Source: Thermoanaerobaculia bacterium | GTDB lineage: Bacteria; Acidobacteriota; Thermoanaerobaculia; UBA5066 | Reading direction: 5' to 3' | NCBI GenBank assembly: GCA_038245905.1 | Contig: JBBRRY010000028.1 | Coordinates: 1-53,707 of the forward strand | Length of the DNA stretch: 53,707 nucleotides | Shown here: piece after piece, positions 8,213-18,434 of the stretch | Numbering within the stretch: position 1 is the first letter of the stretch | Layout: each line of letters begins with the position of its first letter | Notes under the pieces: model-generated | Database searches by the model: none | Told to the model about the DNA's origin: nothing | Seen by the model: the letters and a program-made list of their open reading frames with translations, nothing else | Position numbers and translations under genes: made by a program

Positions 8213-9235
8213 TCAGGACGGCGGGCGCGCGAGGCGCTGGAGAGCGTCCTCCACGAAGCCTTTTTCCGTCACGGCCATCTCCACCGCGACGCGAAAGAGA
8301 GGGAGGCGGATGCGCCCCTCGAGCTTGACGGCGTCCTTCTCGGTCGTGACGACCGCCGTCGCTCCCGACTCTTCGGCCGCCTTCTCGATCCGGCCGATCG
8401 CGTGCGGACCATAGGGGTGGTGATCGCGAAACGTGACGGCGCTGGCCGGCGCGATGCCGAGAGAGGCGAGCGTCGCGAAGAAGGCCTCGGGGCGGGCCAG
8501 GCCGGCGACGGCGACGAGCGTCTGCCCGGGCAGGTCTTCGGCCCGGACCTCGTCCCCCGAGTCGTCCTGAATGCCGAGCACGCGTGTACGCGCGTGGTAG
8601 ACGGGTGTCCCGGGAGCCCAACGGTTTGCGACGGCACGTGCGGCCGCGGGGTCGGCCTGCTCGCACTTCGTCACGACGACGAGGTCGGCCCGTGCGAGCG
8701 AGGAAAGGGGCTCGCGCAGGCGCCCCTCGGGCAGCAGCGCGCCGCCCGCGTCTGGAGCCGTCGCGTCGAGGAGCACGACGTCGAGGTCGCGGGCGAGGGC
8801 GACATGCGAGAAACCGTCGTCGAGGAGGTGAACGCCGACGTCGGGGACGAGCTCCTCGACGCGGCGGGCGGCAGCGACGCGGTCGGAATCGGCCACGATC
8901 GGGATTCGCGGAAGGGATCGGGCGAGGGCGGCGGCTTCGTCCCCGGAAGCGCGGACAGAGGCGAGCGTGCCGGCGCCGTCCGAAACGACCACCAACCCGT
9001 GGCTTGCCCGGCCGTAACCGCGCGTGAGAATGGCCGGCCGGGTTCCGCGCGCGAGGAGCTCGCGGGCGAGCCAGCCGACGAATGGAGTCTTGCCGGTCCC
9101 GCCCGCGGCGAGGTTCCCGACGGAGAGAACGGGTCGTGCCGCCCGGTGGACCCTCAGGAAGCCCTGGCGGTACGCCGAGAGCCGGACCGAGACGGCGCCT
9201 CCATAGAGCGCCGCGAGCGGCGCGAGGAACCTCAC
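8213..9235 (-). CDS. lpxK: Tetraacyldisaccharide 4'-kinase
   Basis: SVGNLAAGGTGKTP, LTRGYG, LLDDGFSH, LLPEGRLREP, TTEKDAVKL. Confidence 0.95.
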   Translation of the reverse strand: MRFLAPLAALYGGAVSVRLSAYRQGFLRVHRAARPVLSVGNLAAGGTGKTPFVGWLARELLARGTRPAILTRGYGRASHGLVVVSDGAGTLASVRASGDEAAALARSLPRIPIVADSDRVAAARRVEELVPDVGVHLLDDGFSHVALARDLDVVLLDATAPDAGGALLPEGRLREPLSSLARADLVVVTKCEQADPAAARAVANRWAPGTPVYHARTRVLGIQDDSGDEVRAEDLPGQTLVAVAGLARPEAFFATLASLGIAPASAVTFRDHHPYGPHAIGRIEKAAEESGATAVVTTEKDAVKLEGRIRLPLFRVAVEMAVTEKGFVEDALQRLARPPS

Positions 9236-10485
9236 GCTCGCGCCGCTCCGGCGGGGGCGAGCGCGAGGATGGCGTCTGCGGCAAGGCGCGCGGCTCCGGC
9301 ATGCTTCGCGAAGAGGTTGCGGGCCGCCTCGGACGCGAGAGCTCGTGTCGCGGGCTCGGCGAGGAGCGGCCGCAGCGCGTCCGCGGCGGCGCGTGCGTCG
9401 GCAGCCTCGAAGACGGCGCCTGCCGCGGTGGCGAGCGCCGGGCGGATGTTGAACGTGGACGGCCCGTGGACGACCGGCGTGCCCGCGCGAAGCGGCTCGA
9501 GGACGTTATGTCCCCCTTTCGGAACGAACGTGCCGCCGAGAAGTGCGGCGCCGCCGAGCGCATACGTGCCCGCGAGCTCGCCGACGGAGTCGAGAAGGAG
9601 GACATCGACGCGCGCGGCCGCCGGATTCCGGGTCTCGAGCCGCGTGCGCCGCGCGAGGACGAGACCGTCTCCCGTCACGGCGCCCGCCGCGGAGTCGAAT
9701 GATTCGGGTTGCCGGGGCGCGAGCACGAGGAAGACGCCCGGGGCGGCGGCCGCGAGCCGGCGCCGGACGTCGAGAACGAGAGGAACCTCGGTCGCGGCGA
9801 TCGAGCCGGCCACCAGAACGGGCCGTCCGTCCGCGAGGCGCCGCAGGGCCTCTGCGAAGGGCGGCTCCGGCGAGGGAGCGCGGTCGAACTTGAGGTCGCC
9901 GCCGACCGAGATGCGCGACGGCGGGACGCCGATCTCCGCAAAGCGGGCGGCGTCTTCGGGTGTACGCGCCAGAACGCGTGTGAGCGCATCCCAGGAGCCC
10001 GCGAGGAGACGTAAGGCCCGCCGATAGCGCCGCGCGGACGCCTCCGAAAGGCGTGCGTTCACGATGAGCACGGGAACAGCGCGCCGGTGCGCCTCGCCGA
10101 GGACCGAGGGCCAGAGCTCGGTCTCGACGAGGACGAGGAGGCGCGGGGCGGTTGCGTCGAAGAATCGCCGCACCGAGTAGGGGATGTCGAGCGGGAACGT
10201 CCGCCACCCGCCGGGGCGCCTTCGCGACAGAAGTCCGACTCCGGCGGGAGTCGTGGAGGTGAGGAGGAGCGGCAGATCCGGACGCCGGACGGCGAGCTCA
10301 TCGGCGAGCGTGAGGGCGACCTCGACCTCACCGAGCGAGACGCCCTGGATCCAGACCCCGTCCCGGGCGCGGGGTCCCTCGGCCTCCGGGAAAAGTCGCG
10401 AAACGACGAGCGGAAAGAGGGGCGCCTCGGAGGGCAGAGGCGCATTCAAATCGAGTCCTGACAAGAATTTATCGCCCCATCCCAC
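9232..10485 (-). CDS. waaA: Kdo transferase
   Basis: WIQGVSLGEV, VETELWP, VNARLS, GDLKFD, GGHNVLEP. Confidence 0.92.
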   Translation of the reverse strand: MGWGDKFLSGLDLNAPLPSEAPLFPLVVSRLFPEAEGPRARDGVWIQGVSLGEVEVALTLADELAVRRPDLPLLLTSTTPAGVGLLSRRRPGGWRTFPLDIPYSVRRFFDATAPRLLVLVETELWPSVLGEAHRRAVPVLIVNARLSEASARRYRRALRLLAGSWDALTRVLARTPEDAARFAEIGVPPSRISVGGDLKFDRAPSPEPPFAEALRRLADGRPVLVAGSIAATEVPLVLDVRRRLAAAAPGVFLVLAPRQPESFDSAAGAVTGDGLVLARRTRLETRNPAAARVDVLLLDSVGELAGTYALGGAALLGGTFVPKGGHNVLEPLRAGTPVVHGPSTFNIRPALATAAGAVFEAADARAAADALRPLLAEPATRALASEAARNLFAKHAGAARLAADAILALAPAGAARA

Positions 10486-10569
10486 TCGTGCTCCCGATTA
10501 TACTTCTCTGGGGGAGGCCTCTTCCTGGTAGACGAAGGCGACTCCGGAAACGTAGAAGATGCCGAAGCG

Positions 10570-11196
10570 ATGCATCTCGTCTCGTCTGCCTCCCGTCCCG
10601 TGCCCCAGAAGCCGTCGGCCGAGGCGCCTGAGGAACGCACGCTCGCGCGCCGCGCCGCAGGGGGAGATGCCGACGCCTTCGCCGAGCTGGTCGCGCGCCG
10701 GACGCCGGGAGTTCTCGCATTCTTGAGGCGGCTCCTCGGCGACGCCGAAGATGCCCGCGATGTCGCCCAGCTCACGTTCGTGAGGGTCTGGGAAAATCTC
10801 GACCGCTACGATCCTGCCTGGGCGTTCTCCACGTGGCTGTTTCGCATCGCGGGCAACCTCGCGATCGACGCCTTGCGCGCGCGCGGCACCCGGCAGCGCA
10901 CCGAGGCCGAAAGTTTTCGCCTCGTCAAAGGGGCCCGGACGAGCGCGGAGCCGGACGGACCGGCTCTTCTTGCCGAGGCCGAGGTGCGGCGCGTCTTCGA
11001 AAGCTGTGCGGGCGTGCTCTCGGAAAAGCAGCGCCTGGTCTTCGTCCTCCGGGAGTTCGAAGACAAGGAAAGCCGCGAGATCGCGCAGATCCTGGGATGC
11101 CGGGAATCCACGGTGCGCAACCACCTCTTCCAGGCGCGGCGCTTGCTGCGGGACGAGATCCGGAAGCGGTTCCCGGAGTTCGTGGCGGGGCGGTGA
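10570..11196 (+). CDS. ECF-family RNA polymerase sigma factor
   Basis: Region 2 (DARDVAQLTFVRVW...FSTWLFRIAGNLAIDALR) and region 4 (REIAQILGCRESTVRNHLFQARRLLR). Confidence 0.93.
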   Translation: MHLVSSASRPVPQKPSAEAPEERTLARRAAGGDADAFAELVARRTPGVLAFLRRLLGDAEDARDVAQLTFVRVWENLDRYDPAWAFSTWLFRIAGNLAIDALRARGTRQRTEAESFRLVKGARTSAEPDGPALLAEAEVRRVFESCAGVLSEKQRLVFVLREFEDKESREIAQILGCRESTVRNHLFQARRLLRDEIRKRFPEFVAGR

Positions 11197-11200
11197 GGTG

Positions 11201-11779
11201 ATGACGAACGCCCTCTGCCTGGAGCTCACGAGCACGCGCGTGGCCGTACGGCAGCGCCTTTCAGAAGAAATGTCTCCTTCTTCCGAGCGCGCGCTCAAGG
11301 CGCACCTCGTCTCCTGTGGGGTCTGCGCGGCAGAGGCGCGCGCCCTCGATCCTACGCTTCTCTTCGTGCCGCTCGGCGCGTACGCCGCGGCCGCCCCGAC
11401 TGACGAGGACGTTCGCCAGGTCACGGAAGAGGTCCTCGCGGACGTGCGGCGGCGGACGCGCGTTTCGACTCCCGCGCAGGTCCGCTCCGTCCTTTCGCGC
11501 CGCTTCCTGCAGGTGGCCGCGCTGGTGGCTCTCGCCGCGGGGCTCTTCGGCGTCCAGGGAATCCGGCTCGCGAGGGAGAAGGCCGAGCGTTCGGCCGGGA
11601 CGACGCCGACGGCCGCCGCCGAAGCCGAAATCGCGGCCTTGAGCGAGGCCGCGCGCCGCTCGGCCCGCCCCCTGATCCAGGACATGAAGAACCCTGCCGC
11701 GCGCGTTTACGAGTTCGCCGCCGTTTCCGCGAAGGAGCCGAGCGTCGTTTTCATCGCGGACCCGCACGCGGATCTCTAG
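11201..11779 (+). CDS. Putative zinc-binding (ZAS) transmembrane anti-sigma factor
   Basis: ATG 4 nt after the sigma stop; HLVSCGVC fits HxxxCxxC; one TM helix (FLQVAALVALAAGLFGV). Confidence 0.75.
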   Translation: MTNALCLELTSTRVAVRQRLSEEMSPSSERALKAHLVSCGVCAAEARALDPTLLFVPLGAYAAAAPTDEDVRQVTEEVLADVRRRTRVSTPAQVRSVLSRRFLQVAALVALAAGLFGVQGIRLAREKAERSAGTTPTAAAEAEIAALSEAARRSARPLIQDMKNPAARVYEFAAVSAKEPSVVFIADPHADL

Positions 11780-11794
11780 AGGATTTCAAACGTC

Positions 11795-12547
11795 ATGCGT
11801 TTCGGCTCCCATCGGCTGCGGGCCGCCTCACGGGTTTCCGTTCTCGCGCTCAGCCTCGGCCTCGCCGGCCCAGCCATTGTCTCGGCCGCGGGCCCGCCCC
11901 CGCAGACGGTCGTCAAGGTCTTCGCGCTGAAGTACCGCAAGGTGGAGGACGCGCTGGCGCTCCTGCGCCCGCTCCTCTCGGACTCGGGAGCCGTCTCCGC
12001 GGTCCTCGAGACGAACCTCAACTCCCTCACCGTTCGTGGCACGCCGGCGCGCGTCGAGCAGATCGCCCGGGAGGTCGCGGCCTTCGACGTGCCGCTGCGC
12101 GCAATCGACATCGACGTGACGCTCCTGAAGTCCTCTGGGGAGAAGAAGCGCGGCGGGGAGAAGACCGACGTCTCGGAAGAGATTCGCGGGATCGGCGAGA
12201 GGCTCAAGAAACTCTTCAACGTGACTGATTTCACCCGTCTCGACTCGGTCGTCGTCCAGGGGATCGAGGGTCAGCGTGTGGCCTATGTGATGGGCGGCGG
12301 CTATCGGCTCGAATTTCTCCTGGATCCGTCGCGTGACGGCACCCAGGTTCAGCTCCGCGACCTCTCGCTCGAACGCGTGCGCCGCGAGGCGGGCCGGGAG
12401 GTCCGCGGCGAGATCGTGCGCACGTCGATCAACGTGACCCTCGGGCAGCCCTACATTCTCGGGGTTGGCCGCGACGAGTCCGCCGGCGACAAGCTCTTCG
12501 TCGTCTTCTTAGCGAACTGGCGCCGGCCCGGGCCGGGAATCTTCTGA
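11795..12547 (+). CDS. Exported protein with a secretin N-domain (NolW-like) repeat
   Basis: Signal peptide, then VKVFALKYR...LRPLLS...NSLTVRGTP..VEQI...FDVP. Confidence 0.65.
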   Translation: MRFGSHRLRAASRVSVLALSLGLAGPAIVSAAGPPPQTVVKVFALKYRKVEDALALLRPLLSDSGAVSAVLETNLNSLTVRGTPARVEQIAREVAAFDVPLRAIDIDVTLLKSSGEKKRGGEKTDVSEEIRGIGERLKKLFNVTDFTRLDSVVVQGIEGQRVAYVMGGGYRLEFLLDPSRDGTQVQLRDLSLERVRREAGREVRGEIVRTSINVTLGQPYILGVGRDESAGDKLFVVFLANWRRPGPGIF

Positions 12548-12552
12548 AACTG

Positions 12553-13812
12553 ATGCCGACGTACGTCTGCAAACTCGGCATGGCCGACGGGGCGGTCACG
12601 ACGCGCGCGATCGAGGCGGCTGACGATGGCGCGTTGAAGGCCGAGATCGCGCGTCTCGGGGCCCGGCTCTTTTCCGCGAGGCTCGAGTCCGGCGCGGCGC
12701 CGGATGCGGCTGGGGGCGCGCGCTTCTCTTTGAACGACTCCCTCGCGGCGTTCGTCCCCCGCCGCCGCCATCCGGTGAAAGTCGGGGAGTTTCTCGTGTT
12801 CAACCAGGAGCTCGTCGCGCTCCTGAAGGCCGGCCTTCCCATCGTGAACGGCCTCGACATCCTCCTCGAGCGCCAGGAGAACGCGCGCTTCAAGGCGATC
12901 CTCAAGGATGTCCGTAGTCAGCTCGTTTCGGGAGTCGCCCTTTCGGACGCCTTCCTCGCGCACGGTGACGTTTTCCCCAGGCTCTATTCGACGTCTCTGA
13001 AAGCCGGCGAGCGCTCGGGCGAGATCGAAAAGGTTCTCCGCCGGTACCTCGCCTACCAGAAGATCCTCGGCGCGATCCGGCGCAAGGTAACCGGGGCTCT
13101 CGTCTATCCGGCGGTTCTCATCGGCCTGTCGATCGGACTCGTCGCCATCCTCATGACATACGTGATCCCGAAGTTCCGAGAGTTCTTTTCGGGCTTCGAA
13201 GCGGGCGAGCTGCCCTTCATCACGCGGATGGTCATCGGGACAGCCGACTTCCTTCGCGCCAACATCCTCGTCGTGCTCGTCGCGCTCGCCGCGGGCAGCA
13301 TTCTCCTCTCCCGCTGGAAGACGAGCGAAGCCGGGAGAGTCTCGTTCGACGGCCTCCTGCTGCGCCTTCCGCTCATCGGGGCGATCCTCCGGCAGTTCGC
13401 ACTCTCGCAGTTCACGCGTTCGCTCGCGACGCTCGTCGGGGCCGGCACGCCGCTCGTGCCCGCCCTCGACATCGCGGCGGGCGCCGTCGCGAACAGCCGG
13501 GTCTCCGCGGCCGTTGCCGCCGTCGTGCCTCGGGTCCGCGAAGGCAGTGAGCTGTGGCGCAGCCTGGAGTCCACCGGTGTGTTCACGTCTCTTGCCGTCG
13601 AGATGATCAAGGTCGGGGAAGCGACGGGAGCCCTCGAGGAGATGCTCACGAATACGTCGGATTTCTACGACGAGGCGATTGAAGCCCAGCTTCAGCGCAT
13701 CGTGACCCTCATCGAGCCGATCATCCTGGTCGTCATGGGAGCCGTCATCGCGACGCTCCTCCTGTCGATTTATCTACCCATGTTCACGATCCTGTCCAAC
13801 ATCAAGGCCTGA
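12553..13812 (+). CDS. Type II secretion/T4P inner-membrane platform protein (GspF/PilC family)
   Basis: LLKAGLPI, AGERSGE, ALVYPAVL, MIKVGEATGALEEML, EPIILVVMG...IYLPMF. Confidence 0.93.
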   Translation: MPTYVCKLGMADGAVTTRAIEAADDGALKAEIARLGARLFSARLESGAAPDAAGGARFSLNDSLAAFVPRRRHPVKVGEFLVFNQELVALLKAGLPIVNGLDILLERQENARFKAILKDVRSQLVSGVALSDAFLAHGDVFPRLYSTSLKAGERSGEIEKVLRRYLAYQKILGAIRRKVTGALVYPAVLIGLSIGLVAILMTYVIPKFREFFSGFEAGELPFITRMVIGTADFLRANILVVLVALAAGSILLSRWKTSEAGRVSFDGLLLRLPLIGAILRQFALSQFTRSLATLVGAGTPLVPALDIAAGAVANSRVSAAVAAVVPRVREGSELWRSLESTGVFTSLAVEMIKVGEATGALEEMLTNTSDFYDEAIEAQLQRIVTLIEPIILVVMGAVIATLLLSIYLPMFTILSNIKA

Positions 13813-13835
13813 CGGGCCGTAAAACGGAAGACGCG

Positions 13836-15473
13836 ATGAGCACGACGACCCGTTCGACATCTTCCGACGCCGCGATTCCGCGGTTCCTCGACGCCGCCTC
13901 CGAGGAGACGCGGGCCCGGCAGCTTGCCGAGCGCCTCGGACTGCCATACGTGGACCTCTGGACGTTTCGGATCGACGCCGAGATCTTCCGCTCGATCCCT
14001 CTCGAGTGGATGCTCCGGTTCGAGTTCGTGCCCGAAAAGGCCGAGAACGGCTCACTCGCCGTGATCATGGCCGACCCCGCCGACGTCGTGAAGCGCGACG
14101 AGCTCGAGGGCCTGCTCAAGAAGCGCCTGCTGATCCGGGTCGGCTCGCGAGCCGCGATGCAGGACATCCTCCAGAAATCCGAGTCCACGCAGCGCGTCCT
14201 CGAGGAAGCCACCGAGGAATTCCGGATGCAGGTCGTGCGGGAGGACGAGGAGGGCCAGGAGGTCCTCTCGATCGACCGCATCACGGCCGACGCGAGCCCC
14301 ATCATCAAGCTCGTCGACTCCGTGCTCTTCAACGCGATCCAGCGCCGGGCCTCGGACATCCACATCGAGACGCAGGAGCACGTCGTCGTCATCAAGTACC
14401 GCATCGACGGCGTGCTGTATCCCGCGATGGAGCCGATCGACAAGAAACACCATCAGACGATCATCAGCCGCATCAAGGTCATGTCGGAGCTCGACATCGC
14501 CGAGAAGCGCGTCCCGCAGGACGGCCGCTTCAAGGTGCGCGTGAAGGGCCGCACGATCGACTTCCGCGTGTCGATCATGCCGACCGTTCACGGCGAGGAT
14601 GCCGTCATCCGCATTCTCGACAAGGAGTCCGCGAACGCGGAGTTCAAGAACCTGCGCCTCGACGTCCTCGGGATGGACGCCGAGACGATGCGACGGCTCC
14701 GGAAGTTCATTCGTGAGCCCTACGGCATGGTGCTCGTGACGGGCCCGACGGGCTCTGGAAAGACGACGACGCTCTATGCCTGCCTGTCGGAGATCCAGAC
14801 GGTCGAGGACAAGATCATCACGATCGAGGACCCGGTCGAATACCAGCTCCGCGGGATCACGCAGATCCCCGTCAACGAGAAAAAGGGCCTGACGTTCGCG
14901 CGCGGGCTGCGATCGATCCTGCGGCACGACCCCGACAAAGTCATGGTCGGCGAGATCCGCGACGAGGAGACGGCGCAGATCGCCGTCCAGGCCGCGCTCA
15001 CGGGCCACCTCGTCTTCACGACGGTGCACGCGAACAACGTCGTGGACGTCCTCGGTCGCTTCCTCAACATGAAGGTCGAGCTCTACAACTTCGTCTCGGC
15101 CCTCAACTGCATCCTCGCGCAGCGCCTCGTCCGCAAGATCTGCCCGCACTGCAAGATTCCCTTCGTGCCCACGCCGCAGCTCATCGAGGAGTCGGCGCTC
15201 ACGTCCGAGCAGATGAAGGGCGCGACATTCTGGGAGGGGAGGGGCTGCATCGAGTGCAACGGAACGGGTTTTTACGGCCGGATGGCGATCACCGAGCTTC
15301 TCGACCTCTCGGACCGCATCCGCGGCCTCATCCTCGACAAGCGCCCCGCCGCCGAGATCAAGAAGGCCGCGCAGGCAGAGGGAATGAGCTTCCTCCGCGA
15401 GTCCGCCATCAAGAAGGCCTTCGCCGGCCAGACGACGCTCCGCGAGATCAACAAGGTGACTTTTGTCGATTAG
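13836..15473 (+). CDS. GspE/PulE-family secretion ATPase
   Basis: RASDIHIE, GPTGSGKTTTLY, LRHDPDKVMVGEIRD, CPHC and CIEC. Confidence 0.93.
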   Translation: MSTTTRSTSSDAAIPRFLDAASEETRARQLAERLGLPYVDLWTFRIDAEIFRSIPLEWMLRFEFVPEKAENGSLAVIMADPADVVKRDELEGLLKKRLLIRVGSRAAMQDILQKSESTQRVLEEATEEFRMQVVREDEEGQEVLSIDRITADASPIIKLVDSVLFNAIQRRASDIHIETQEHVVVIKYRIDGVLYPAMEPIDKKHHQTIISRIKVMSELDIAEKRVPQDGRFKVRVKGRTIDFRVSIMPTVHGEDAVIRILDKESANAEFKNLRLDVLGMDAETMRRLRKFIREPYGMVLVTGPTGSGKTTTLYACLSEIQTVEDKIITIEDPVEYQLRGITQIPVNEKKGLTFARGLRSILRHDPDKVMVGEIRDEETAQIAVQAALTGHLVFTTVHANNVVDVLGRFLNMKVELYNFVSALNCILAQRLVRKICPHCKIPFVPTPQLIEESALTSEQMKGATFWEGRGCIECNGTGFYGRMAITELLDLSDRIRGLILDKRPAAEIKKAAQAEGMSFLRESAIKKAFAGQTTLREINKVTFVD

Positions 15474-16449
15474 CGTGTCGACGAGCGGCAAGCGCAACCC
15501 GTTCTCGGCCGCGTTCTGGCGGTCCCCGCGTCCGCCGCATGCGTTCGTCCTGACGTCCGACCGGCTCGTTTACGTCGGTCCCGCCGACCCGGCCCGGCGC
15601 GCGGCGCTTTCCGGGGCGCCGGCGTTTCGGGTGCTGACCCGCCCGCTTCCGCCGGAAACCTTCTCGCCGGGACCGGACGGGTCGCCGCACGCGGGCCCCG
15701 CCCTCGCGGGCGCGCTCCAGCGGCTGCTCGCCGAAGCGGGCGCGAAGATCCCTGCCGCGTCGCTCGTCGTCCCGGACGGATGGGTCAAGCTCCTCGTCAT
15801 CGACACCGACGAGCCGGAGCGCAACGCGCGCGAGGTCGAAGAGGTCCTGCGCTGGAAATTCGGCCGCGCGTTCGGCGAGCCCGTTCCGGCACTGCGCCTC
15901 TCCTGGCAGCCCGCGGGGCCCGGAGCCGAGGGAACGCGGGTCGTGGCTCTTGCCGCATCGGAGCAAGCCGCGTCTTCGTGGGAGGCTCCCTTCGAGAGGG
16001 CGGGGATTCGCGTCGGTTCGCTCGAGACGGCGGCGTTTGCGGTCTCCGTGCTGGGCGCGCGCGCGGCGGGGGAGGGATTCCTTGTCTGGGCGGACGACGG
16101 CGTGGCCACGACGCTCGTCTTCTCGGGTGGGCAGCTCCGTTTCGCGCGCACACGGAACTTCACGGATCCCCTCGAGGCTGTGCAGGAGATCCGCCTCGCC
16201 GTCACCTTCGGGTTGCCCGTCCGGCCTTTCGAGGCGGCTCCCGCCGACGTCACGGCGGAATGCGCCGCGGGGCCTCCCGCCTCCCCGGTCGTCGAGGCGT
16301 TGCGCGCGTTTCGCGCCGGAGCCGGGGCTGCCGAGCCGGACCCTCTTACGCAGGTCCGGCTCGTGCCGGGCGCGACGGTGACGCCGACGGTGGCGGCCCC
16401 GGAGCCTTCGACGCTCGCAGCCCTCGGCACGCTCGCGGGGGGGGATTGA
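15463..16449 (+). CDS. PilM/GspL-like cytoplasmic assembly protein
   Basis: Position after the ATPase with overlapping start/stop; SLVVPDGWVKL, LRWK, LRFART reminiscent of PilM-like proteins. Start uncertain. Confidence 0.55.
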   Translation: MSISVSTSGKRNPFSAAFWRSPRPPHAFVLTSDRLVYVGPADPARRAALSGAPAFRVLTRPLPPETFSPGPDGSPHAGPALAGALQRLLAEAGAKIPAASLVVPDGWVKLLVIDTDEPERNAREVEEVLRWKFGRAFGEPVPALRLSWQPAGPGAEGTRVVALAASEQAASSWEAPFERAGIRVGSLETAAFAVSVLGARAAGEGFLVWADDGVATTLVFSGGQLRFARTRNFTDPLEAVQEIRLAVTFGLPVRPFEAAPADVTAECAAGPPASPVVEALRAFRAGAGAAEPDPLTQVRLVPGATVTPTVAAPEPSTLAALGTLAGGD

Positions 16450-17078
16450 TGCCGGGCCGCTTCAACCTCGCGCGCCGGCCTTTCGTCGACACACGTCCGG
16501 CGAACCTCACGGCGACGTTTCTCGCGGTGCTCGTGGCCGCGCTCTCGTTCGTGGCGGCACGGACGGTGATCCGGTATTTCGCCGACTCGAGCCGGACGCG
16601 CGCGTCGATCGCGAGCCTCAGGGCCGAGATCTCGAGCCTCGAGGGAGAACGGCGCCGGGCGGAGGCGTCGCTTGCGCGGATCGACGTCGACGCCCTCGCC
16701 TCCGACGTGGAGGACGCGAACGAGATCGCCCTCCGTCGCGCCTTTTCGTGGACCCGCTTCCTTTCCCGTCTCGAAAAGACCCTGCCGCCCGACATCCGCA
16801 TCGCGTCGATCGGGCTCCAGAAGATCGCCGCGGCCTCGCCCGCCATGGCCATCGCCCGGCGCGGTTCGGGTGAGTCGGTCATCGTGAGCCTCGTTCTCGT
16901 GTCGCGTGATCCGAACGGCATGCCGAAGACGATTCGCGCGTTCGACGCCTCGCCCTGGTTCGAGAGTCCGACGCCGTCGAGCGAAGACCGGGGGGAAAAG
17001 GGACTGCCCGAAGGCCGAAGGCTGGCCCTCTCGGTCACCTACCACGATGGCGAAGGCCGCAAGGAAAGCCGCCCATGA
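16449..17078 (+). CDS. PilN-like protein
   Basis: TGATG overlap; FNLARRPF N-terminus, one TM, coiled coil, WTRFLSRLEKTLPPDIRI (PilN signature). Confidence 0.75.
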   Translation: MPGRFNLARRPFVDTRPANLTATFLAVLVAALSFVAARTVIRYFADSSRTRASIASLRAEISSLEGERRRAEASLARIDVDALASDVEDANEIALRRAFSWTRFLSRLEKTLPPDIRIASIGLQKIAAASPAMAIARRGSGESVIVSLVLVSRDPNGMPKTIRAFDASPWFESPTPSSEDRGEKGLPEGRRLALSVTYHDGEGRKESRP

Positions 17079-17809
17079 GCGCGCCTTCGGTCACGGTCCT
17101 CCAGGGTGCGAGCGACCGCATTCGCGGCTGGCTCCCCCTCGTGCGCCGTGGGGGCGTCCGGCCTTCTCCCTGGCGGGCGCGCCTGCCTCTTTTTGCTGCC
17201 CTCCTGGCCCTGCTCGGCGTGGCGACCGCCGTGCTCATCGGGTACCACGCCTTCTACGACGAGAGGTTCAAGACCCTCGAAAAGACGCGCGCCGAGCTGC
17301 AGGGCAGGCGCGACGAAGTCTCGGAGGCGGCGGGCCGGATCGTCAGGACGGAACAGCGCCTCCGCGTCCTCGAGCGGGACCTCGAGGGATTCAACCGGGA
17401 CGTCCTCGGGGGCCGCAAGGAGCGGCTCGCGGCGGTGATCGAGGACGTGTACCTGCTCACGCAGAAGGCCGGAACCGTGCCGACACAAATTGCATACGCG
17501 TTCACGGACGCTGGAAGCGCCACGCGCCTCAGCCTCGGGTTCACCGTCCAGGGGCGCTACACGGACGTCAAGAAGCTCCTCTTTTCATTCGAAAATAATC
17601 CCCGCTTCCTCCTGCCCGAAAATATCGCCCTCGCGACCGACGAGACTCAGCCGGACGCCCTGCGCCTGAGCCTCACGGTTGCGCACTATTTCCGCCCCGA
17701 CGGCTCGCCCGCGCCGCGACGTACCGGGCGGGCGACGGTGCGGCCTTCGGCGCAGGCAGCGTCTCCGGCGGTGAAGCCCACGCCGGCTTCCGGAGGGCTT
17801 CCGGAATGA
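17075..17809 (+). CDS. PilO/GspM-like protein
   Basis: One TM, coiled coil, VQGRYTDVKKLLFSFENNPRFL. Confidence 0.7.
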   Translation: MSAPSVTVLQGASDRIRGWLPLVRRGGVRPSPWRARLPLFAALLALLGVATAVLIGYHAFYDERFKTLEKTRAELQGRRDEVSEAAGRIVRTEQRLRVLERDLEGFNRDVLGGRKERLAAVIEDVYLLTQKAGTVPTQIAYAFTDAGSATRLSLGFTVQGRYTDVKKLLFSFENNPRFLLPENIALATDETQPDALRLSLTVAHYFRPDGSPAPRRTGRATVRPSAQAASPAVKPTPASGGLPE

Positions 17810-18411
17810 GCGCGCCTCCGGGGGCCCCGAAGTCGAGCCTCAAACCGCTTCTGTTCGTTCTCGTCGTCGTCGCGGGCCTCGCGGGGCTGTCTTACCTTCC
17901 CCGGGGAAAGGGAGGGACCGAAGCCCCGGTGGCTTCCGCGGGCGCGCCCACCTCCGGCCTTTCGCGGGTCGCCCGGATCGGTGCCGATCCCGAGTCGGTG
18001 CCTGACCTCACGCGCCTGGCCGCGCGCGGCCGCGCGGACGAGAACGTGGGACGGAACGTGTTCCGTTTCTACGACTCGCCGACGCCTACGCCGCGCCCGA
18101 CGCCGATCCCGACGCCTACGCCCGCCCTGCCCGGGAGCCCGCAGTTCGTCGGGCCGATGCCGATTCAACCGACGCCGACGCCGACGCCCATCGTTCCTCC
18201 GGCCATCCCTTACAAAGTTCTCGGCGTCTTCGGATCGCGCGGCGACCTCATCGTGTCTCTCGAAGAGGGCGGCCGGATCATCAACGCCCGGGAGAAAGAC
18301 GTCGTCGACGGCCGCTTCAGGATCCACAAGATCAACCGCGAGTCGGTCGACTTCAGCTTCCCCGGTCTTCCGCCCGAGATCACAAGGCGCATCCCCATCC
18401 CGCTCCCGTGA
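17806..18411 (+). CDS. Pro/Thr-rich membrane-anchored assembly protein (PilP/GspC-like position)
   Basis: N-terminal TM, RNVFRF, PTPTP repeats, short beta-rich C-terminus; lies between the PilO-like gene and the secretin. Confidence 0.6.
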   Translation: MSAPPGAPKSSLKPLLFVLVVVAGLAGLSYLPRGKGGTEAPVASAGAPTSGLSRVARIGADPESVPDLTRLAARGRADENVGRNVFRFYDSPTPTPRPTPIPTPTPALPGSPQFVGPMPIQPTPTPTPIVPPAIPYKVLGVFGSRGDLIVSLEEGGRIINAREKDVVDGRFRIHKINRESVDFSFPGLPPEITRRIPIPLP

Positions 18412-18434
18412 CGCGGGAGATTGAAGGACTTCGC

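Noticed and set aside
18077-18190. CCGACG-type tandem repeats as a CRISPR or VNTR
   Set aside because: They encode Pro-Thr linkers and have no spacer structure.
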